The position numbers and the translations under genes are program-made. Below are positions 10,124 to 19,722 of a DNA stretch of 64,000 nucleotides, piece by piece (the first letter of the stretch is position 1; each line of letters opens with the position of its first letter). Source of the stretch: an uncultured Spirochaetota bacterium (GTDB lineage: Bacteria > Spirochaetota > Brevinematia > Brevinematales > JAOACQ01); contig CAVYGN010000001.1 in NCBI GenBank assembly GCA_963768055.1, positions 1,736,867 to 1,800,866 of the forward strand. The letters run 5' to 3'. The notes beneath the pieces were generated by a model. That model was not told the origin of the DNA, made no database searches, and was given only the letters and a program-made list of their open reading frames with translations.

Positions 10124-11415
10124 AAGATATTTACGATGTTTTAGTCATAGGAGGAGGCCCGGCGGGCCTGGCCGCCGCGATAGAGGCAAAAAAATACGGG
10201 GCCCTTGACGTTCTTGTTCTTGAAAGGAACAGCGAAGCGGGAGGAATCCTCCACCAGTGCATACATAACGGTTTTGGGGCCGTTTACTTCAATAAAGATA
10301 TGCCCGGGCCGTCCTACGCCGAGCATTTTATCAGGGAAGCTGAAAAATACGGGATCAATATCCTTACGGATACCGCGGTTATCGATATGACCCCTTCAAG
10401 GCATATATACGCGAATAATACCATAAGCGGATTTATCGAATTGCAGGGAAGGTCCATAGTACTTGCCATGGGATGCCGTGAAAGGACCAGGGCCCAAATA
10501 AGGATCCCGGGCAAGCGCCCGGCCGGCGTCTTTACGGCAGGAACGGTGCAGAGGATGGTTAATATTGAAGGATATATGCCCGGTAAACGCTTTGTTATCC
10601 TTGGAAGCGGAGATATAGGCATGATCATGGCAAGGCGTCTTACCCTGGAAGGGGCTAGGGTAGAAACTATTCTGGAAGCCATGCCGTATATTACAGGCCT
10701 GAGGAGAAACTTCGTTCAATGCCTGCAGGATTTCGGCATTCGCCTGGAACTTGGTTCTTCTATAAGCGGGATAATAGGTGAAAAAAGAGTGGAGGCCGTC
10801 AAAACCGTTAAAGTCGATGAGTCATTCTTTCCCGTACCCGGAACTGAAAAGATTATAGAATGCGACACTCTGCTGATATCCGTGGGGCTGATCCCCGAAA
10901 ATGAGCTTTCCCGCAAGGCTGGTATCGAACTGGATCCTCTTACAGGCGGCCCCGTTGTAGACGATAAAATGGAAACGAGCATAGACGGGATTTTCGCCGC
11001 GGGAAACGCCGTCACCATCTACGATATAGCAGACTACGTAAGTCTTGCCGGTTTTACGGCAGGGAAAAACGCAGCCCTTTTCGCGGAAAGGTTTAAAAAT
11101 AACATAATTGCATCGAGACATCCCGACAGAATTAAAATAATCTGCGGTAATAATGTCAGGAGCGTTGTGCCCCAATTTATCTCCCCTGAAACTCTCGCAG
11201 GCGAGGTTTTCACTCTGGGACTCAGGCCGTCAAAGCCGATGGAGAAAAAGGTCCTTCTTGAAATCCTGTCCGGCCGCAGCATTATTAAATCCTATAAAGA
11301 AAATTACGCGAGGCCGTCGGAAATGATCATAAAAAAGATAAAACCTAATGAATGGTTCTCTCCCGGTATTTATGAGTCGGGCGAGTTAGAGGTCCGTCTT
11401 ATTAAAATGGTTTAG
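10120..11415 (+). CDS. NAD(P)/FAD-dependent oxidoreductase, partner of the G3P dehydrogenase
   Basis: GGGPAG, GGILHQCIHNGFG, AMGCRERTR, GSGDIG and GIFAAGN motifs. ATGA overlap with the upstream gene. Confidence 0.88.
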   Translation: MKDIYDVLVIGGGPAGLAAAIEAKKYGALDVLVLERNSEAGGILHQCIHNGFGAVYFNKDMPGPSYAEHFIREAEKYGINILTDTAVIDMTPSRHIYANNTISGFIELQGRSIVLAMGCRERTRAQIRIPGKRPAGVFTAGTVQRMVNIEGYMPGKRFVILGSGDIGMIMARRLTLEGARVETILEAMPYITGLRRNFVQCLQDFGIRLELGSSISGIIGEKRVEAVKTVKVDESFFPVPGTEKIIECDTLLISVGLIPENELSRKAGIELDPLTGGPVVDDKMETSIDGIFAAGNAVTIYDIADYVSLAGFTAGKNAALFAERFKNNIIASRHPDRIKIICGNNVRSVVPQFISPETLAGEVFTLGLRPSKPMEKKVLLEILSGRSIIKSYKENYARPSEMIIKKIKPNEWFSPGIYESGELEVRLIKMV

Positions 11416-11423
11416 GGGGGGCC

Positions 11424-11801
11424 ATGGAAAACGATCTGAATAAAAAGCTTATATGCATAAGGTGCCCCAGGGGCTGTGAAATTCAGACCTCCCTGGACGG
11501 ATATGGGATAATCACCTCCATAAGCGGTAATTTCTGCAAACTCGGGGATGATTACGCAAAGACCGAGCAGAGAGACCCCAGAAGGACCGTCACTACTACA
11601 ATAAGGGTTAAAAACGGGAACTACCCGCTTTTACCGGTCTGGACTACGAAACCGATCCCAAAAGAAAAGATCTTCGAGCTTATCGATATGCTAAGAAATA
11701 TGGAATTGGATGCCCCTGTAGCCATCGGCCAGGTTGTCCTTGAAAATATTTTCAACCTGGGAATAGATGTAACGGCAAGTAAAAGCATTGCTAAGGCTTA
11801 A
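11424..11801 (+). CDS. DUF1667 CxxC metal-binding protein (small subunit of the glycerol oxidoreductase cluster)
   Basis: CIRCPRGC, GNFC-x-x-G and PRRTVTTT motifs. Confidence 0.88.
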   Translation: MENDLNKKLICIRCPRGCEIQTSLDGYGIITSISGNFCKLGDDYAKTEQRDPRRTVTTTIRVKNGNYPLLPVWTTKPIPKEKIFELIDMLRNMELDAPVAIGQVVLENIFNLGIDVTASKSIAKA

Positions 11802-13653
11802 GTATAATTTGGTGCGAAATGACAGCTTGTTCCTGCACGGTTTCCATAGCTCCGTTTTCAATCTCTTCGAACCCTGCACTTACAAAAAGCCTTCCCCTCA
11901 AAATGGAAACGCAAAGAGTTTTTTCATTGTCCCTTTTAATCGTTTTTTTTAAATCGCCGATAAGCCCGCTTATCTCGTCAATGGAGAAAGGCATGGGTTC
12001 GGCCGGGATTACAAGCATCACCGCACAGGCTGAAAGAAGTGGAAAGTGCCTCCTTTTTCCCTCCCGGTTCAGCGAGGTTATATAACCTTTTTGCCTGTCC
12101 TCTTCAGAATAGAGAGAGAGAATTTCCAGGGCGTATTCATCGAGGATCTTATTCATGTTTTTAAAAACCGTCTCGAACCTGTCATCTTTTGACTTAAAGC
12201 CCGCGAAAAAATCATCCCCTCCAATATGAGCTATAAAAAATTCTCCGGAGTACCGGCCAAGGATATCCGAGAATTTCAGCAAGGCCCTGTCTCCCTGCCT
12301 GAAGCCGTATTTATCGTTAAAGGCTTTGAAATGATTAATATCAAAGTAAATCAGGAAATGTTCCATATCCGTTTCTTCCAGGATGCCGGATAAATATTGA
12401 TATATGGAATTGTTGCCCGGAAGTTTGGTAAGGGGGTTCTGGTTCATGGCTGTTTCAAGGTTTTTTTCATGGATCGCTTTCAGCAATTCCTTGGCCCCTA
12501 GAAAACCGATATACTTCCCGTTCTCTGTTATTATTATACCGCCTGAGTCCTCGTCGATCGCGAAAAGTTCGAGGATTTTTTCAATCCTGGTGTTGACCTC
12601 CGAAACTGGATTTTTCATGACAAAATGCTCCGAATTTTCGGACAGGGTCTTGTTTTTCAGGACCTCTTTACCATACGGGGAATAGATATAATCCTTCAAG
12701 CATTCCTCGCTGATTATCCCCAGGGGCTCGTATTCTTTATTTATAACAGGGAAAAAAGTATTCTTTTTATTTTTTTTGAATATCTCGAAAATTTCAAAAA
12801 GCTCCTTATCGATTAGCACAGGCTCTATGAATTCCATCTGTTTGAAAATGAGGTTTTCATCGATGGTTTTTTTCCTCTTATCGATATTATTCAGGAATTC
12901 AATATATTCTATCTTATTTTTGAATTGCGCTGTTGCAGAGTCGGGTTGTCCGAGCAGGAAGCCCTGGATCAGGTCGCAGCCTATGCTTTTGCAGAAATAA
13001 TATTCGTTCTCTGTCTCGATCCCCTCCGCTATGACCAGAATTCCCAGCATATGCGAGATGTTTACCAGATAGGAAAGCAGCAGCCTTTTTTTTGAATCTG
13101 CATGGATATTGGAAATAAAAAAACGGTCGATTTTAATATAATCGGGCTCGAAGTGGTATAAAAACTCGAAACCGGAAAATCCCGTTCCGAAATCGTCGAT
13201 TGCTATTTTAAAAAAATGGTCTCTGAGGCCGCCGAGCAGATTCTTTGTCTTTTCGAAAGAATCGAAAGTATGTCTCTCTGAAATCTCGAAACAAAGCTGG
13301 TTGGGATCGAGTGAAAATTTTTTCATGATCGATCTGGCGTATTCTTTTTCGAAGCCATCCAGTTGAACGACCCTGTTATCGATATTGTAAAATAGCTTGA
13401 TGTGATCCTGCGTGTTTATTTCCTTAAATTTAGCCGCGGCCTTTTCAAGAAGAATTCTATCCAGTTCAACAAGAAAATTTTCAGATAAAGCCTGGTCGAA
13501 CACGGATGAAATCTTGCCAAAGCCGCTCTTTTGATAATCCCTTAAAAGGGCTTCGACCCCGAATACTTTACCGGTGTATGTATTGACAATAGGCTGGAAG
13601 GCGTAATCGAAGCCGGATGAAATATTTTCCCATTTTTTACTTTTTTCGTTCAT
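11791..13653 (-). CDS. EAL-CBS-GGDEF c-di-GMP signalling protein
   Basis: FQPIV, EALLR, DDFGTGFS, YIKIDR and AEGIE (EAL); a CBS-like middle; NPLTKLPGN, DINHFK and GGDDF (GGDEF). Confidence 0.9.
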   Translation of the reverse strand: MNEKSKKWENISSGFDYAFQPIVNTYTGKVFGVEALLRDYQKSGFGKISSVFDQALSENFLVELDRILLEKAAAKFKEINTQDHIKLFYNIDNRVVQLDGFEKEYARSIMKKFSLDPNQLCFEISERHTFDSFEKTKNLLGGLRDHFFKIAIDDFGTGFSGFEFLYHFEPDYIKIDRFFISNIHADSKKRLLLSYLVNISHMLGILVIAEGIETENEYYFCKSIGCDLIQGFLLGQPDSATAQFKNKIEYIEFLNNIDKRKKTIDENLIFKQMEFIEPVLIDKELFEIFEIFKKNKKNTFFPVINKEYEPLGIISEECLKDYIYSPYGKEVLKNKTLSENSEHFVMKNPVSEVNTRIEKILELFAIDEDSGGIIITENGKYIGFLGAKELLKAIHEKNLETAMNQNPLTKLPGNNSIYQYLSGILEETDMEHFLIYFDINHFKAFNDKYGFRQGDRALLKFSDILGRYSGEFFIAHIGGDDFFAGFKSKDDRFETVFKNMNKILDEYALEILSLYSEEDRQKGYITSLNREGKRRHFPLLSACAVMLVIPAEPMPFSIDEISGLIGDLKKTIKRDNEKTLCVSILRGRLFVSAGFEEIENGAMETVQEQAVISHQIILKP

Positions 13654-13768
13654 AATCCTTCCCGTATGGAGAAAACATGCATAGTTATAAGATTTTAATA
13701 AGCGATTGTTTTTAAAATGTTAATTGAAAATTAATTTTGCGTGAAAAAGATCCCGATCAAGGGCGCTT

Positions 13769-15463
13769 CTAATAACCTTCGTAATTCGACAGCATTTCCA
13801 TTGCATGGGCGCGGCTTTTATCGGTCTCTCCGCCCAGCATCCTGGTGATCTCATCCACCCTTTTTTCGCCTGTTATCTTTTCGATCGTTGTAAATGTTTT
13901 ATCGTCTTTGACATATTTTGAAATCTGATAATGGTTTTTTGCCTTTGATGCGATCTGGGGCAGGTGGGTTATAACGATCACCTGTTTGTCCTCGGCTATT
14001 TTCCGCATTTTTTCAGCGACATTGTTAGCGGTGACTCCCCCTATTCCGGAGTCTATTTCATCGAAAACAAGGGTTTCGATCATATCGCTCTGAGCAAATA
14101 CCGATTTAAGGGAAAGCATTATCCTTGAGATCTCCCCTCCGGAGGCTACTTTTTTCAAGGGCTTTGGATCTTCTCCCGGGTTTGAGCTTATGAAAAACTC
14201 GACCCTATCCATTCCCGTTTCCTGGATTTTTATAGGGATGCCGTTAATAATAAATGGACTTGATTCCTCTTTTACATATTTTATATCCACCAGGAATTCG
14301 GCCTTTTCCATTCCGAGAAAAGAGAGCTCTGTTTTAACCTTGCCCGCCAGTTCTTTAGCCACATCCTGCCTTTTTCTGGATAAATTCACAGACATTTCAA
14401 TCAATTCATTTTTAATTTTCTCAATTTCTTTATTCAATGTAAGAAGCTCAGCCGCCCTGTTTTCAAACTTTACAAGTTTCTCCGAACATTCATTCATATA
14501 CTGAAGAAGTTCTGCAATTGAGTTTTTCCTGTATTTTCTTTTAAAGTCTTTTATCAATTCAAGCCTGTCGATAGTGTTTTCCATGACTTTCTGGTCAAAG
14601 TCAAGTTCCCCCCTGAATTCGGAAATAAGTTTGACGCTTTCATTCAGCTTGGTCTGCGAATCCTCCAGTATTTCCAAAAGTTCGCCGTAACGTTTATCGA
14701 GGCCGGTTATGTCCCGCAGCGATGATATGGCCCTTGCCAGCCTGCCCGATACGGATAACTCCTCGTCGTACAAAATGCCGCGTGCGGTTGAAAAGGCAAG
14801 TTCGAGATTTTCAGAATTTTCCATTTTCTTCAGGGCTTCCTTGAGCTCCTCTTCCTCATCGTTGTGAAGTCCGGCACCTCCGATATCCTTAACGGCCTGT
14901 TCCCAGAAGGCCTTTTCTTCCTGTAGTTTCGCTTCATCCAGCTCTAATTCCGCCTTTTCATCGAATTTTATCTGCAAAAGCTGAAAGGTTTGTTGTATTT
15001 CCCCTCGTTCAAGCCTCCCGTAATTGTCCAGAATATCAAGATGGACCTTCTGGCTGAGCAGGAGCTGGTGGTCATGCTGGCCATGGATGTCGAGAAGCCA
15101 TTCCCCAAGTTCTTCAAGCCTCGACACCGGTTCCTGCAGGCCGTTGATAAAGATCCTGCCCTTGTTGCCCGGTGCAACTTCCCTTCGAAGAATGATGCTT
15201 CCATTCATATCGAAATTCAAATCTCTTAGCTTTTTGGCTACATCGCCGCTTTTTACAATTATCTCGGCCTCGATAAGGGCTTTGTCTTCGCCAGTCCTGA
15301 TCGAAGAAGAATCGCCCTTCTCACCCATAAGCAGGCTGAGCGCCCCTATTATAATGGATTTTCCTGCCCCGGTTTCACCGGTAAATACACTGAAGCCGTC
15401 GCCGAGTTCTATTTCAAGGGAATCGATGATAGCGTAATTTTTGATAAGGAGCCTTTCGATCAT
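13769..15463 (-). CDS. recN: DNA repair protein RecN
   Basis: FTGETGAGKS, DIHGQHDHQ, ASGGEISR, FDEIDSG and ITHLPQIA motifs. ATGA-coupled to nadK. Confidence 0.96.
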   Translation of the reverse strand: MIERLLIKNYAIIDSLEIELGDGFSVFTGETGAGKSIIIGALSLLMGEKGDSSSIRTGEDKALIEAEIIVKSGDVAKKLRDLNFDMNGSIILRREVAPGNKGRIFINGLQEPVSRLEELGEWLLDIHGQHDHQLLLSQKVHLDILDNYGRLERGEIQQTFQLLQIKFDEKAELELDEAKLQEEKAFWEQAVKDIGGAGLHNDEEEELKEALKKMENSENLELAFSTARGILYDEELSVSGRLARAISSLRDITGLDKRYGELLEILEDSQTKLNESVKLISEFRGELDFDQKVMENTIDRLELIKDFKRKYRKNSIAELLQYMNECSEKLVKFENRAAELLTLNKEIEKIKNELIEMSVNLSRKRQDVAKELAGKVKTELSFLGMEKAEFLVDIKYVKEESSPFIINGIPIKIQETGMDRVEFFISSNPGEDPKPLKKVASGGEISRIMLSLKSVFAQSDMIETLVFDEIDSGIGGVTANNVAEKMRKIAEDKQVIVITHLPQIASKAKNHYQISKYVKDDKTFTTIEKITGEKRVDEITRMLGGETDKSRAHAMEMLSNYEGY

Positions 15464-16329
15464 TTGTGCCACCCCAATTTTTCCCTCAATATGCTGAAGT
15501 ACTCTTTTTCACCCAGGTCATAGACCCTGACACCGTTGGGGATTTTTTTGAACATCATTTTATCTCCTATAGAGAGATAAAAGTTTTCCTGGCCGTCGAT
15601 TGTGAGGGTTGTATCATGTTCGCCGATCAAAAGAACGATATGGAGTTCCTTGTTCACCGAGGTCACAATTGGCCGGACCCCTAGAATGTGGGGACAGATA
15701 GGAGTTATTATTATGGCTTCAACGTCCTGGGTAAGAATAGGCCCCCCCGCAGCGAGATTGTAAGCCGTAGAGCCTGTCGGGGTTGAGACGATAAGTCCGT
15801 CGGAACGGTATTGAGACAGGACCTCATTGTCGATGCATACCGACAGTTCAACCATTCTTGAAAGCACTCCTTTGGACACTACCGCGTCGTTTAAAAAAGG
15901 GCAGGTAAATACCCTTTTCCCGTTCCTTATCACTGACACTTCTATAAGGATCCTGTCGTAAACCCTGATTTCGTCCCTTAGTATTTTGTCGAGGGCCGTT
16001 TCGATATCGGCAGGCTTTACTTCCATTAGAAATCCCACCCTGCCTGCATTTATACCGAGTATCGGCAGACGGAAGGGGTGAAATGTCCTGGCGGTGAAAA
16101 GGAAAGTACCGTCTCCTCCGATAGTTATTATCAAATCATAATCGGTAAATTTGAATCCTGAATCCAGGTCGGTAATGAGATTTTTATTTTGAAGTTTGAA
16201 ATATATCGGACTTGTCACATAAGATTCTATATTTTTGGATTTCAGCAGGACCTGTATATTGCCAAGGATTTTCCCCACCCTGCTCTTTCTTATATTGGCT
16301 ACTATCAATACTTTTTTTATCCTGGCCAT
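15460..16329 (-). CDS. nadK: NAD(+) kinase
   Basis: GGDGT, GINAGRVGFL, LND, DGLIVSTPTGSTAY and TPICPH motifs. Confidence 0.96.
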   Translation of the reverse strand: MARIKKVLIVANIRKSRVGKILGNIQVLLKSKNIESYVTSPIYFKLQNKNLITDLDSGFKFTDYDLIITIGGDGTFLFTARTFHPFRLPILGINAGRVGFLMEVKPADIETALDKILRDEIRVYDRILIEVSVIRNGKRVFTCPFLNDAVVSKGVLSRMVELSVCIDNEVLSQYRSDGLIVSTPTGSTAYNLAAGGPILTQDVEAIIITPICPHILGVRPIVTSVNKELHIVLLIGEHDTTLTIDGQENFYLSIGDKMMFKKIPNGVRVYDLGEKEYFSILREKLGWHK

Positions 16330-16339
16330 TGACGCTAAC

Positions 16340-17248
16340 CTATTTTAATTTTTTATCTAAAAACCGTGTAATTTTAACCTTGAGAAGCCCCCAGAAACGC
16401 TTACCGAACCTGTCGGAATAATCCTCAAGGGCCTTTTCCAGGGAAATATCGCCGTATTTTTCCTTGAGAAAATGCCAGTGATCCATAAGCCATATATATA
16501 AGTCGCCTTCCTCGCGCCCGGGAAATTTCCTGAGTATTTTTCTCTTCTTTATGAGTTTCGTTACTGGAAGAAAGAGATCATAATACCACAATTTGATGGA
16601 ATCTTCCCAGCTTATCTCGTGCTTTTTTGCTTCACTTTTAAAATATTTATATGTGTTTATATGTTCTATCAATCTATAATAACCCCAGGGGTTTGTCAAT
16701 TTTATCCTTACATTTGGGAAATATTTATCGAACTTCGTTTTGTCCAGGAAATATTTGTGGCTCTCGGCAAGAAGAAGCTCCTTCTCGCTTAATTCTGAGA
16801 GTTCCACTTTTGTGAACAATTCTACTACGTCCGCGTCTATAAATACCTGGCCGAGTTCCTTGGCAACGGATACTCTGTGATTCCCGTCGCGAACGAAATA
16901 ATAATCGCCGATTTTGTAAACAAGGATGGGCGGCAGGTGCGTATCCTTCAGTTTTGCAAGTTCGATATTCTGCCATCGTCCACGATTGTAGTCTTTCAGG
17001 GGAAGAAAATTAATATCGAAATCCAAATACCGGCCTTCGCTCCCCATAATTTTATCGATCGGTATGGCATGCAAGCCCCTGTAGCTCATTCCTTCGGGCG
17101 AGAGCATGGATTTGACTTCGTCAAACCTGAATAATTCGTTCCTTTTCCTGAATATCTTGTTAAGGATCTCCTTAAAGAACGCTTTATTACGCGCCCTGTC
17201 GAAAGCCTCCCTTACCTGTAAAACAAGGGGATCATGATATTCACTCAT
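16340..17248 (-). CDS. ParB/Srx-N-like domain protein with DUF4032-like C-terminus
   Basis: IMGSEGRYLDFD and LPPILVYKIGDYYFVRDGNHRVSVA (ParB-N DGxHR motif). C-terminus has HKYF...WY...DLYIW-x-x-DH. Confidence 0.75.
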   Translation of the reverse strand: MSEYHDPLVLQVREAFDRARNKAFFKEILNKIFRKRNELFRFDEVKSMLSPEGMSYRGLHAIPIDKIMGSEGRYLDFDINFLPLKDYNRGRWQNIELAKLKDTHLPPILVYKIGDYYFVRDGNHRVSVAKELGQVFIDADVVELFTKVELSELSEKELLLAESHKYFLDKTKFDKYFPNVRIKLTNPWGYYRLIEHINTYKYFKSEAKKHEISWEDSIKLWYYDLFLPVTKLIKKRKILRKFPGREEGDLYIWLMDHWHFLKEKYGDISLEKALEDYSDRFGKRFWGLLKVKITRFLDKKLK

Positions 17249-17263
17249 TTACATCCCCTTTCG

Positions 17264-17941
17264 TTAAGCCTTGATATCCAGAAAGACAAAATCATAACAA
17301 TTAATAACCTTCGTGCCTTCATACTCGAATATCCTTTTTTCTGTCAAATCATAAATATGGGTATGGCCATGGAGAAGGTATTTAGGGTGATACCGCTTTA
17401 TAAAGCGTAGTAATGCCTTGAAGCCCTTATGCGCCTGGTCCTGCTTGTCATGAATACCCGACGGGGGGGCATGGGTGATAAGAACGTCTATATACCTGCC
17501 TGAAAACAGCCTGTTAAGATAAAGCCTCGGTTCGATCCTCAATATCTTCCTGCGCATCTGGTTTTCCGTATACTGGTGCTCTCCCTTATTATAGAGTAAT
17601 GAGCCTTCAAGCCCTCCCATTATGACAGGGCCTATTTTCTCTACCCTTTCGTCCATGTTATTACCGCCGAAATCCATTTGCTTTTTCCGGGAACCGGGAT
17701 TAATGTCGCTGAAAATCCCTTTTTTCAGGAAAGTCTCGACATTGTCTTCCGCTTGTTCATAATGATCATGGTTTCCGCAAACGTAGTAAAGGGGTTTTAA
17801 AAGACTTGAAGCAAGGTAATCAAGATAATAAACGGGCAAATCGCCGCAGGAGATTATGGCGTCGACGTTGCCGGCCATTTCCCTTACGCGCGAACTATAG
17901 AGTTTGGAGTTTACAATATCACTGACGGCTAATACTCTCAA
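17264..17941 (-). CDS. Calcineurin-like metallophosphoesterase
   Basis: AVSD, CGDL, GNHD, THAPP and HGHTH motifs. Confidence 0.9.
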   Translation of the reverse strand: MRVLAVSDIVNSKLYSSRVREMAGNVDAIISCGDLPVYYLDYLASSLLKPLYYVCGNHDHYEQAEDNVETFLKKGIFSDINPGSRKKQMDFGGNNMDERVEKIGPVIMGGLEGSLLYNKGEHQYTENQMRRKILRIEPRLYLNRLFSGRYIDVLITHAPPSGIHDKQDQAHKGFKALLRFIKRYHPKYLLHGHTHIYDLTEKRIFEYEGTKVINCYDFVFLDIKA

Positions 17942-17952
17942 ATCTATCCCTT

Positions 17953-18108
17953 TTAAGAAACTTCTTCAATATGAGCCTGTATAAATTTTTCAAATTCGTC
18001 CCTTTTCATTTTATCCTTATAGAATTCCCACATAGCGTCAATCGCTTCTTCTTTTGACGCAAATTTTATTCCTTTCATTGCGCTATCAAGAGTAATTTTA
18101 AAAGGCAT
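17953..18108 (-). CDS. Small 51-aa hypothetical protein (not in the ORF track)
   Basis: AGGAGG RBS 5 nt before ATG 18108. Reads MPFKITLDSAMKGIKFASKEEAIDAMWEFYKDKMKRDEFEKFIQAHIEEVS* and fills the nadA-phosphoesterase gap. Confidence 0.7.
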   Translation of the reverse strand: MPFKITLDSAMKGIKFASKEEAIDAMWEFYKDKMKRDEFEKFIQAHIEEVS

Positions 18109-18155
18109 GGCATCCTCCTGAATGATATTATAAATCCTCTTGTCTTTTATTGCAT

Positions 18156-19073
18156 TTATTGCATCAAATCCAGCATTTTTTCTATCGCCCGGAGCGACTT
18201 CCCGGCTATAGCGGGATCGACCTCAATTTTATAATCCAGAGTCCTGAGGCCGGCAAGCAGTTTTTGAGAGTTTATCCTCTTCATATTCCTGCATTCCATG
18301 CGTTTCAGAGGTTCTATAAAATTCCTTTCAAACCTTTTCCTCAAAGCGTAATTGATCCCCCATTCGGTAACAACGATATAATCCTCGATTTCAGGATGCT
18401 TTTCTACATAATCGAACATCCGGCCGGTACTGAGGATAGCATCGGCCAGGCCTCTTATCTCTGCCGGGCATTCGGGATGAACAAGCACAGCCGCTCCGGG
18501 GTTCATCTTCATAGTCTTTATAACGGAGTCAGGGTCGGCCTTTTCATGCACTACGCAGTATCCCGGCCAGAGGACTATCTCTTTTTCCTTTACTATTTCC
18601 TTTACGTAAGATCCCAGGTTCCTGTCGGGCAAAAATACTATTTTTTTTTGCGGGAGTTTCCTTACTATTTCCACAGCGTTAGCTGAGGTACAGCAGACAT
18701 CCGCTAGAGCCTTGACCTCTGCCGTCGTATTCACATATGCTACAAATGCATGGTCGGGGTACCGCTTTCTCCATTCAAGGACCATTTTTTTATCGGCGAA
18801 CCCCGCAAGGGGACAGAGAGCTTCTTTATCCGGTATGATAACGGTCCTGCCGGGATTTAAAACCGCGGCAGTTTCAGCCATAAAATAAACCCCGCACATT
18901 ACTATAATATCGCCAGGCATATGTCTTGCCTGCCTTGCCAGACCCAGTGAATCGCCGACGTAATCGGCGGCCTCCTGGATTTCCGGCAATTGATAGTTAT
19001 GTGCGAGAATAACCGCGTTCTTTTCTTTTTTTAACTTTTGTATCTCTTCTAATATTTCCCGATCTATCTGCAA
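18156..19073 (-). CDS. nadA: Quinolinate synthase A
   Basis: LAHNYQ, GDSL, CGVYFMAE, YVNT, CCTSANA, PDRNLG, VHPEC and C-x-x-M motifs. Start re-assigned to TTG 19073 after AAGGG. Confidence 0.95.
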   Translation of the reverse strand: MQIDREILEEIQKLKKEKNAVILAHNYQLPEIQEAADYVGDSLGLARQARHMPGDIIVMCGVYFMAETAAVLNPGRTVIIPDKEALCPLAGFADKKMVLEWRKRYPDHAFVAYVNTTAEVKALADVCCTSANAVEIVRKLPQKKIVFLPDRNLGSYVKEIVKEKEIVLWPGYCVVHEKADPDSVIKTMKMNPGAAVLVHPECPAEIRGLADAILSTGRMFDYVEKHPEIEDYIVVTEWGINYALRKRFERNFIEPLKRMECRNMKRINSQKLLAGLRTLDYKIEVDPAIAGKSLRAIEKMLDLMQ

Positions 19074-19136
19074 AGTAAATCCCTTGATTCCAAATATAAA
19101 TAAGCATATTATTATAGATTTTATCATAAAAGTCAA

Positions 19137-19263
19137 GAAGGGAATTGTATAGAAAGGGCCCCTTCAGACGTGCCCCTGATAGAACATTAAACTTGAGATA
19201 AACGAATTCAGCACTTCCCTGCGAAAAACGGCCCCGCACCCTACAGATTTACAGAATTCTTCC
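19137..19263. ncRNA. Candidate rod-shaped structured RNA (family unassigned)
   Basis: Nested complementary blocks GGAATT/AATTCT, GGGCC/GGCCC, CAG/CTG, GTGC/GCAC and TGA/TCA in a GC-richer intergenic patch. Confidence 0.3.
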
Positions 19264-19305
19264 GAATTAATATAATGGCTTAATCTCTGATATAGTAAAG
19301 GGATC

Positions 19306-19722
19306 ATGGTTATGAAATATATCGTTCTCCTTCTCTTCAACGCTGTAAGTTTTTATATAATGGCCGTGTTCATATTCGGCAGCGGCGGGATCAGGCAAAA
19401 TCTGCAAAAACTCGAACAGATCAACCGTCTCGAGGAACAGAGGGCAAAAACCGAACTTCAGGTAGAGGAACTAAAAACAAAGCTCAATTACCTGAAATCG
19501 CAAACTGTTCCCGACGCAAGTTCATTGGCCAAGCAGGGTAAGAAATCTGAAAATACTGTAATCTTCAAATATCTGGAAAAGCAGGAACAATCCGATACTT
19601 CGTTTAAAAAAACCGGGATTTTCACATATTACAGGATCTATTTTATCGCGGCATTTTTAGTTTTTTTTATCCTGCTCGGCGATATGCTGATATGTCTGAA
19701 TTTGGCCGGGGGGACAGCTTAG
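19306..19722 (+). CDS. Septum-formation-initiator (FtsB/DivIC)-like membrane protein
   Basis: TM helix, FGSGG, then a coiled coil, plus an extra C-terminal TM helix. Confidence 0.5.
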   Translation: MVMKYIVLLLFNAVSFYIMAVFIFGSGGIRQNLQKLEQINRLEEQRAKTELQVEELKTKLNYLKSQTVPDASSLAKQGKKSENTVIFKYLEKQEQSDTSFKKTGIFTYYRIYFIAAFLVFFILLGDMLICLNLAGGTA

